Source: Oligoflexia bacterium
GTDB taxonomy: Bacteria; Bdellovibrionota; UBA1018
Assembly (NCBI GenBank): GCA_023701205.1
Contig: JAMPXJ010000007.1
Coordinates: forward strand, 261 to 64,260
Length of the DNA: 64,000 nt
Direction of reading: 5' to 3'
The notes beneath the pieces were generated by a model. It worked only from the letters and a program-made list of their open reading frames with translations. It was not told the origin of the DNA and made no database searches. Shown piece by piece: positions 22,193 through 29,038 of this stretch (within the stretch, counting starts at the first letter, position 1; the number at the start of each line of letters is the position of its first letter). A program made the translations under genes and the position numbers.

Positions 22193-23422
22193 ATGGTGCG
22201 CGCGATCATACATGCCAGCGAGCTTCTGACGGGTGCGGGTATCCGCAAAAAGGATGGACGCAAGGTTCTCGAAAAGGATCTGGGGCGCATTCCTGACGGC
22301 GCGCTGGTTTACAGCACGCGGAAGCAGGACGGCAAGGAGATCCCCGATCGAATCGAATGGGTCGGACCCACTGCAGAGCTGCCCAGGCGCTATGCCCGCG
22401 CGCGCAAGCAGGACCTGCGCGGGGTGCGCGCGCTGATTCCCGGAATGGTGGACTGCCATACGCATCTGGTGTTCGCCGGGGATCGTTCCGACGAGTTCGC
22501 GCTTCGGTGCGGCGGCGCGAGCTACGAGGAGATCGCGGCGCGGGGCGGAGGGATCGTCTCGACGATGCGGGCGACGCGCGAGGCTTCTCCCGCGCTCCTG
22601 GAGCGGCTCGGCCGGGAGCGCCTCAAGGAGATGGCGGCCTACGGCGTGCGCACGATCGAGATTAAGAGCGGGTATGGGCTTTCGGTCGAGTCGGAGCTCA
22701 AGCTCCTCGAAGTGATCCAGCGCCTGAAGCGCGCGGCACCCGGCGTGACGGTGAGTTCGACTTTTCTCGGGGCGCACGCGTTCCCGCCGGATCGCTCGCG
22801 CGAGGAGTATCTTCGCGACGTGATCGAAGTGATGCTTCCGGAGGTCGCGCGCAGGAAGCTCGCTGACAGCTGTGATGTCTTCATCGATCCCGGTTACTTC
22901 ACGGTCGAGGAGGGCCGCGCCATCCTGGCACGGGCGGCGAAGCTCGGGCTCAGGATCAAGCTGCATGCCGACGAGCTTGCGGATACCGGTTCGGCCGGGC
23001 TCGCGGCGGAGCTGGGCGCGCTTTCCGCCGACCATCTCCTGAAAATTTCGGACGCCGGGATCGCGGCGCTGGCCGCTTCCAGAACTGTCGCGGTCCTGCT
23101 TCCCGGCACTGCCTTTTACCTCAAAGCGGCCCAGGCTCCCGCGCGCAAGCTGCTTTCAGCCGGCGCGGCCGTGGCGCTCTCGACGGATTTCAACCCGGGC
23201 ACGAGCATGTGCCTTTCGCTCCCGGCGGTAATGACGATCGCCGCGCTTTATCTCGGGATGACCCGCGCGGAGATCTTCGCGGGCGTGACTTACAACGGCG
23301 CGAAGGCGCTCGGCCTCGAGAAGCGCAAGGGTACGCTCGAGGCGGGGCGGGACGCGGATTTCGCCGTGCTGCCCTTCAGCCGCTTCGAGGAAGCCTATTA
23401 CCGCTTCGCCTGGAGTCCCTGA
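22193..23422 (+). CDS. hutI: imidazolonepropionase
   Basis: Motifs PGMVDCHTHLVFAGDRSDEF and SYEEIAARGGGIVSTMRATREAS, in an amidohydrolase fold of consistent length. Confidence 0.8.
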   Translation: MVRAIIHASELLTGAGIRKKDGRKVLEKDLGRIPDGALVYSTRKQDGKEIPDRIEWVGPTAELPRRYARARKQDLRGVRALIPGMVDCHTHLVFAGDRSDEFALRCGGASYEEIAARGGGIVSTMRATREASPALLERLGRERLKEMAAYGVRTIEIKSGYGLSVESELKLLEVIQRLKRAAPGVTVSSTFLGAHAFPPDRSREEYLRDVIEVMLPEVARRKLADSCDVFIDPGYFTVEEGRAILARAAKLGLRIKLHADELADTGSAGLAAELGALSADHLLKISDAGIAALAASRTVAVLLPGTAFYLKAAQAPARKLLSAGAAVALSTDFNPGTSMCLSLPAVMTIAALYLGMTRAEIFAGVTYNGAKALGLEKRKGTLEAGRDADFAVLPFSRFEEAYYRFAWSP

Positions 23423-24111
23423 AGGAACCTGCGGGCGGCGCCGGAGCCGGGACGGAGCGAGACGAAGGTGTTGAAAAAGCCGTAAACGATCACCGCCATG
23501 AGGAAGCCGGTCACGACGTCGATGATGTAGTGCTGCTTGGTCGTGAGCGTGGTGAGCGCGATCGAGGTCGCCCAGACGAAGAAGAAGGGGAACTTGCCCC
23601 GCTGCTCGCGCAGGAACATGAACGACGAGAGATAGACGCTGCTCACATGAAGGCTAGGACAGCAGCTCGCCGGGGTGTCGGCGGCGCGGAGCGAGCTGAA
23701 GAGCTTGAAGGTCAGCGCATCGAGATCCGCCGGCAGCGGGAACTGGTCGCGCGGGAAGGTCGTGGGCCAGATCCAGAAAATCAGCACGCTGAGCGACTGC
23801 AGGGTGAGAAAGCTGTAGGCGTAGCGGTTGAGGTTCTCGATGTCCTTGCAGAGCAGGTACACGGTGAGAAAAAGGTAGTATTCGCTCGTGTAGATCCACA
23901 CCGTGCCGGGAACGAAAGGAATCGCCTGGTCCAGCGCCGTCATGGGCAGCAGCTGGGGCGGGAAGAGATGGATGTGGTTGGAAGTCATGTAAAGCACCGT
24001 CGCGACGAACGCGAGGGTGAGACCCATCCAGGTCTTGTTTTCCTGGGTGATCAGCATCGGTACCGACCAGCCGGTAAAGCCGCGGGCGGTCGATGTCGTC
24101 GTGGTGTTCAT
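23398..24111 (-). CDS. PAP2-superfamily integral membrane protein
   Basis: Six TM helices. PAP2-like motifs PSLHVSS and TKQHYIIDV are present. Confidence 0.5.
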   Translation of the reverse strand: MNTTTTSTARGFTGWSVPMLITQENKTWMGLTLAFVATVLYMTSNHIHLFPPQLLPMTALDQAIPFVPGTVWIYTSEYYLFLTVYLLCKDIENLNRYAYSFLTLQSLSVLIFWIWPTTFPRDQFPLPADLDALTFKLFSSLRAADTPASCCPSLHVSSVYLSSFMFLREQRGKFPFFFVWATSIALTTLTTKQHYIIDVVTGFLMAVIVYGFFNTFVSLRPGSGAARRFLQGLQAKR

Positions 24112-24130
24112 AAAACTGACTCCTTACCCC

Positions 24131-24697
24131 TTACCCCGAGATCCAGCGCTCGACCTTCGAGCGGATCTCTTCGCTGTTCCAGTCGCGCTCGCCGTTATGG
24201 ATCAGCAGCACCTTGCGGTTCGCGTCGATCAGGACCGTGAGCGGAATGGCGTGCACGTCGAAGAGCTCGGAAAGCGCGCCATCCTGGTCCACGTAAACCG
24301 GGAAATCGATCCCGAGCTGCTTGGTCATGCGCGGGACCACCGCTTCGGGCTTTTCATCCACATTGATCGCGAGCACCTCGAGGCCGCGGTCCTTGTAGGA
24401 TTTGCGCAGCTCGATGATCGAAGGCATCTCGACGATGCAGGCCTCGCACCACGAGGCCCAGAAGTTCACGAGGACGACTTTCGCCTTCAGCTCCGAAACG
24501 GTCATCTTGCCGCCACCGAAGACCGGGACGGTGAAATCCGGGAGCTGGGCGCCTTCCGAAAGATGAGCCGCCGAGGATTCGGGCGCGCCGCGCTTGAGCT
24601 GGGACTTGACCGCGAAAAGCCCGCCCAAAGCGAGGCTCAGGATGAATGCCACGGGGGCCAGGATCTTGATGAGACGGTTCGTCTGGGGCGTTGTCAT
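24131..24697 (-). CDS. TlpA/ResA-like periplasmic thiol:disulfide oxidoreductase
   Basis: Signal anchor followed by VVLVNFWASWCEACIVEMP, a thioredoxin-fold CxxC motif. Confidence 0.75.
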   Translation of the reverse strand: MTTPQTNRLIKILAPVAFILSLALGGLFAVKSQLKRGAPESSAAHLSEGAQLPDFTVPVFGGGKMTVSELKAKVVLVNFWASWCEACIVEMPSIIELRKSYKDRGLEVLAINVDEKPEAVVPRMTKQLGIDFPVYVDQDGALSELFDVHAIPLTVLIDANRKVLLIHNGERDWNSEEIRSKVERWISG

Positions 24698-24718
24698 GGG
24701 CTGGGATCATACATTAGA

Positions 24719-24940
24719 ATGAGAGGGATGAGAAAGGGCGTTATTACCGGCGCGCGCCGGTCAGAGAGCGGCCAGGCGGTGCTGGAGTACGTCCTGATGA
24801 TCGCGCTCGCCCTCTCCATCGTGGCGATCTTCGGGATCGGGATCCGCCGGAGCGTGATCACCGTCTGGGAGCGGATCGCGAGGGATATCGCGGCTCCGTG
24901 CCCGAGGTGCGAACCTCCGCCCCAGGTGCAGATCCGTTGA
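24719..24940 (+). CDS. Flp/Fap-like (type IVb class III) pilin-like small protein, 70-73 aa
   Basis: This is the C-terminal part of the 307-aa ORF 24017..24940. MR(G)MRKGVITGARRSESG|QAVLEYVLMIALALSIVAIFGI matches the Flp prepilin pattern G-x-x-x-[IL]-E-Y-x-L-[IM], followed by a hydrophobic helix. A GAGAGGG RBS lies upstream. Confidence 0.4.
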   Translation: MRGMRKGVITGARRSESGQAVLEYVLMIALALSIVAIFGIGIRRSVITVWERIARDIAAPCPRCEPPPQVQIR

Positions 24941-24941
24941 C

Positions 24942-25331
24942 ATGGCCGGCAAGACGCGCGCCCGTTTCGAGCGGGTCCTCGAGAGGGTCCTGGACGAGCT
25001 TCCTCCGGAAATCATGGAGCTTCTCGCGGATGTTCCCCTGATCGTCGAGGATGAGCCTTCAAAGGCCGTCCGGCGCGAGATGGGGCTGGAAGACCAGGCG
25101 GGGCCGTCGGATCTTTGCGGGGCTCACTGGGGGGTGCCCCTTTCGGCGCGCAGTGTATCGGAGCCGGTTTTCGAGCCCGAGCGCATCCTGTTATTCCGTG
25201 GCCCGATCCTGCGGCTGGCTGGGGAGAGCGAGGCGGAGCTCGAGGAGCAGATCCGAGTGACGCTGCTTCATGAGATCGGTCACCATTTCGGCCTCACCGA
25301 AGAGGACCTCGAGGACCTGGGCTACGGTTAG
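24942..25331 (+). CDS. small zincin-like metallopeptidase-family protein (HExxH)
   Basis: 129 aa ending VTLLHEIGHHFGLTEEDL. Its ATG begins 2 nt after the stop of the Flp-like ORF. Confidence 0.55.
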   Translation: MAGKTRARFERVLERVLDELPPEIMELLADVPLIVEDEPSKAVRREMGLEDQAGPSDLCGAHWGVPLSARSVSEPVFEPERILLFRGPILRLAGESEAELEEQIRVTLLHEIGHHFGLTEEDLEDLGYG

Positions 25332-25984
25332 CCGCGCTTGGAGGTCTTCGCGTAGACCAGGTAGAGCTCGTCGCCAAGCCTGCGACAGCTCTTGAGCCGC
25401 ACGTTCACCACTTCGGAGGGGCTGAAGCCTTCGCCGTCCACGAGGGTCGGGGCTTCCGTGCCGCCGATCAGGCGGGGAGTGAGGGTCAGGTGGTACTCGT
25501 CGATCAGGTTTTCCTTCACGAAATCCCACATGAGACCGCCGCCGCCTTCGACCAAGAGCCGCTTGATCTTGCGGGTGGCGAGCTCGGCCAGGATCGCCTG
25601 GGCGATCGAGCGCTTTAACGCCGCTCGAGGCAGCACCACGACTTCCGAGCTTCTCTCGAAGCGCCGGGCGCGCTCGGCCGGCAGCTTCCCGGTCACGAGT
25701 AGGATCCGGGGCGCGGCGGGATCCTTGAAGAATTCCCACTCCGGCGAGATGCCTGAAAGATCCCGGCTCAGGATCACGTTGGCCGGCTGAAGCTTCCTGC
25801 CCCGCGTGTAGCAGAATTTGCGATGGGCTCGAAGCGTCGAAGCTCCCATGAGGATCGCATCCGAGCGGCGGCGGAGCACCTGCATCTGCTGCCGGTCGGC
25901 GGGCGTTCCGAGATGAAAAACCGAGCGGTCGCTCGTGGCGATCTTTCCGTCAAGACTCGTGGCGAGGTTGGAAAAGACGAACAT
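25328..25984 (-). CDS. RibD C-terminal-domain (dihydrofolate-reductase-like) reductase family protein
   Basis: MFVFSNLATSLDGKIATSD...GGGGLMWDF...ELYLVY matches the RibD_C/DHFR-like fold. Confidence 0.65.
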   Translation of the reverse strand: MFVFSNLATSLDGKIATSDRSVFHLGTPADRQQMQVLRRRSDAILMGASTLRAHRKFCYTRGRKLQPANVILSRDLSGISPEWEFFKDPAAPRILLVTGKLPAERARRFERSSEVVVLPRAALKRSIAQAILAELATRKIKRLLVEGGGGLMWDFVKENLIDEYHLTLTPRLIGGTEAPTLVDGEGFSPSEVVNVRLKSCRRLGDELYLVYAKTSKRG

Positions 25985-26038
25985 TCCCGATGGATATCAC
26001 GGCTTCTGGCTTCCGCGCCCGAAATTCGATATGACGGG

Positions 26039-26893
26039 CCTGTGTCGGAAGTCCTGGATGTCCTCAAGCATGATCGGGCCAATGCCGGGCTGAAATACGT
26101 CTATCCCGTCGTCTCGCGCCGGGCGGGCGGCGTTTCGGTCGGCATCAACCTGAACACCAATGACGCTTGCAACTGGCGCTGCATCTACTGCCAGGTGCCG
26201 GAGCTGCAGCGCGGGTCCGCGCCGCCCGTGGACCTCGCGCTGCTGGAGAGCGAACTGCGGGGCTTTCTTCGGGAGGAATCGCTGCGGGCTTTTCTGCAGG
26301 CGCGCGTGCCGGAGCCTTTGCGCCGCCTCAATGACATCGCCTTTTCCGGTAACGGGGAAGCCACGACTTCGCCCGAGTTTCCCGAGGCGGTGGAGATCGT
26401 GATTCGCGTCCTGCGCGAGCTCGGCGTGGATCCGGCGGTGAAGCTCGTGCTAATTACGAACGGCAGCCTGGCTCGCCGTCCGTGGGCCCAGCGGGGTTTC
26501 GAGCTGATGGGACGGGCGAACGGGGAGATCTGGTTCAAGGTCGACAGCGCGCGCGCCCAGGGAATGCGCGAGCGCAACGGGACCTCGATGACGGCGGACG
26601 AGCTGCGCGAGAACCTGCGCTCGACCGCCACGCGCTGCCCGACCTGGCTGCAGACCTGCGTTTTCGCGCTCGACGGCGCGCCTCCTTCGGACGAGGAGCG
26701 CCGCGCGTACCTCGAGCTCCTGGACTGGGCCAAGCGCGAGGCGATCCCGCTGCGCGGGGTTTTCCTGTACGGGCCCGTGCGGCCGTCGCTGCGCGAAGAG
26801 GCGTCGCGGATCTCGCTGCTTCCGCGCGAGTGGGTGGAGGGCTTCGCAGCGGAGATGCGCGCGCGGGGGCTCGAGGTCAGGGTCACGGAGTAG
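26039..26893 (+). CDS. radical SAM domain protein
   Basis: GINLNTNDACNWRCIYCQ carries the CxxxCxxC radical-SAM cluster motif. The ORF track starts at 25823 and overlaps the divergent RibD_C gene by 160 nt, so GTG at 26039 is proposed as the start. This start is uncertain. Confidence 0.65.
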   Translation, partial: PVSEVLDVLKHDRANAGLKYVYPVVSRRAGGVSVGINLNTNDACNWRCIYCQVPELQRGSAPPVDLALLESELRGFLREESLRAFLQARVPEPLRRLNDIAFSGNGEATTSPEFPEAVEIVIRVLRELGVDPAVKLVLITNGSLARRPWAQRGFELMGRANGEIWFKVDSARAQGMRERNGTSMTADELRENLRSTATRCPTWLQTCVFALDGAPPSDEERRAYLELLDWAKREAIPLRGVFLYGPVRPSLREEASRISLLPREWVEGFAAEMRARGLEVRVTE

Positions 26894-26997
26894 GGGAGCA
26901 CTTGGAAAACTCAAAACGCCTTGCGGTCCGTCTCGAGAGCGGGGAATCCGTCCTGCCCGGAGAGCTTTGGCTGCGGGAATGGACGCGGCGCGAGCGG

Positions 26998-27276
26998 ATG
27001 CTGCGCGCCCTGAAGTTCGGTGGCGGCTCCTGGGGTCTCGCGCTCGTTTCGGTCTTTCTGCCGCTTCTGCATTTCGTTCTGGTGCCTGCATTTCTGATCG
27101 CCGGACCGCTCGTGGCGTTCTTCGTATTCAACCAGGAGTCGCTGGTTCTCGGAGGGAAGGGAAAGTGCCCGCATTGCGGCGGGGATTTTTCCATCCGCAG
27201 GGGCGCGCCGCGATTTCCGATCAGCGATCTTTGCACCCGATGTCAGCGGACGGTGCTGGTGAGGGCGGGCGATTAA
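26998..27276 (+). CDS. small membrane protein with a C-terminal zinc ribbon
   Basis: 92 aa (or 124 aa from TTG at 26904). Two TM helices, then CPHCGG...CTRCQ. Confidence 0.35.
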   Translation: MLRALKFGGGSWGLALVSVFLPLLHFVLVPAFLIAGPLVAFFVFNQESLVLGGKGKCPHCGGDFSIRRGAPRFPISDLCTRCQRTVLVRAGD

Positions 27277-28985
27277 CGCTGTTGCGCGCCCAAATCCTCG
27301 GAGCCGACTTCGGCTTCTTCCGCCGGACCTCCGAACTGATTGCGTCGCATCGCCTCCTCGTAAACAGAGCGCGGGCTTCGCTCCGCGAGCCAACGGGTCA
27401 TGCCGAGGACCGCCTGAACCAGGTCGGGGTCACGAAAAACGAGAATCTGCTCGTTGTTCGTCTGCGCCGCCTGACTGAAGTTGAATGATGTACCTAAGAT
27501 CACGTAGGGTCCGGTCGCCAGCACCTTGTGGTGAATTTTGGCCGTGATGGCGTGGCTGGTGCCGTCGATCTTCACGTGATGGTTATTGTATTCCGGCGGG
27601 GCGATCCGGATCTGCGGCCGGAGCGCATCGAGCTGGGCGGGGGAGAGCTCCTGATGCCAGGCGTTCTGGGCATCTTCCTCGTACGTCTTCTTCTTCTTTG
27701 AAAGTTTCACCTGCTTCATCCCGGACATGAGGAGGAACTGGCTCCACGGCTGCATGGCGAAGGGCGTGTCGCCCACCGAGAGGAAGTCGAAGCTCTTCTG
27801 GCGCGAATGTTCCCGCAGGGCGCGCTCGCGCAGAGCGGTGGCCACCTCTTCCGAGGAGTAGGCGAATTGCAGCAGCCGGACGGGTCCTTGCGAGCTCTTG
27901 ATGAAGTGCGCGATGAGGTTCTGGTTGATGTTGCGGTAACCACCTCCGGGCGCGAAGGTGATGATGAGCGAGTGCTCGGGATAGGCTTCGAGCGTCTCGG
28001 GTGGAACGCCAGGCCCCGTCACCTGGAAGGACCCGGTCGTCGGATAGCTCGCGCCGCGGAACAGGAAGGCGGGATCCAGGGTCTTCGTCAGCTCATGCTG
28101 GACGAGATTGGCCAGGAGCCAGGAGCGCATTGTCAGGACGTGGTTGGCGTTCGGGACGGATTCGGGGGGCCGCTTTTGCGGCGGCAGCGCCTTGAGATCC
28201 CCTTCGGGGCCGAGGCAGGATTGGGTGAGGTTTCCGGAGGAAAACAGCACGCGGGCCTTCTCGGGGTCTTCCCAGTCGATCGCGGCGAGCTTCTGATGGT
28301 TGAGGCTCACGCTGTTGACCGGAGTCACCGCCACCCCGCCGGACACCAGGCGGTCTCGCACGCGCGCGACCTCGGGACGCAGCGCGACCACGTTCTTGTC
28401 GATGCCGACGCGCACCGAGACGCCGGCGGCCGCTTTCCTGACGAGATCTTCAGCGACCTCTTCAAGATCGAAGTCGAAGACGTTGAGGATGATCTGGCGC
28501 TCGGCCTGCTCGAGGAAATCGCGCCAGACCTGCACGAGATCGGACTCACGGACCAGGGATTTACCGAGGTAATAAGGGTGCGAAGCGTGGAATTTGAGCT
28601 CCGAGTACCCCGGCTGGCCCCGGGGCGGAATGAGCCGAAGGTGCTTGGTCGGATCCGGGTTTTGCGCGGATTCGGCCGCCACGGCCTTGAGGAGTTCTTC
28701 GCGGGGGGAGTCGATTCGCGCGGGTTCGTTTTGCAGAAGCTCGATAAGTCGGGACTCGACATTGGCCTTGCTGAGACGCTTCTGCACCTTCGGATCGTCC
28801 GAGCGCAGCACCTCGCGGCTTCTCCTGAAGATTCTCGGATAGTCGGGTCCCTGGAGCTCGGCGGAGCGGTCCAGCGAACCGGGTTGCCGTTGCGCCCCCT
28901 TGTGCGAAGGGCTGGAGCAGCCCGCCGTCGCGAGCGCCAGGTTCAGAAACGCGATCAAGATCCAGCGCGGAGTGCTTGAGCTCAT
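27273..28985 (-). CDS. phospholipase D-superfamily lipoprotein (two HKD-type motifs)
   Basis: Lipobox LATAGC|SS. Motif 1 is NHQKLAAID...SSGN (HxKxxxxD...GSxN). Motif 2 is IHHKVLATG...GTSFNFS. Confidence 0.7.
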   Translation of the reverse strand: MSSSTPRWILIAFLNLALATAGCSSPSHKGAQRQPGSLDRSAELQGPDYPRIFRRSREVLRSDDPKVQKRLSKANVESRLIELLQNEPARIDSPREELLKAVAAESAQNPDPTKHLRLIPPRGQPGYSELKFHASHPYYLGKSLVRESDLVQVWRDFLEQAERQIILNVFDFDLEEVAEDLVRKAAAGVSVRVGIDKNVVALRPEVARVRDRLVSGGVAVTPVNSVSLNHQKLAAIDWEDPEKARVLFSSGNLTQSCLGPEGDLKALPPQKRPPESVPNANHVLTMRSWLLANLVQHELTKTLDPAFLFRGASYPTTGSFQVTGPGVPPETLEAYPEHSLIITFAPGGGYRNINQNLIAHFIKSSQGPVRLLQFAYSSEEVATALRERALREHSRQKSFDFLSVGDTPFAMQPWSQFLLMSGMKQVKLSKKKKTYEEDAQNAWHQELSPAQLDALRPQIRIAPPEYNNHHVKIDGTSHAITAKIHHKVLATGPYVILGTSFNFSQAAQTNNEQILVFRDPDLVQAVLGMTRWLAERSPRSVYEEAMRRNQFGGPAEEAEVGSEDLGAQQR

Positions 28986-29038
28986 GGAGGTCCCCCGGGC
29001 TCTTTTCGGAATTCCGGCGGGAAACTGGAATTTGTCTA

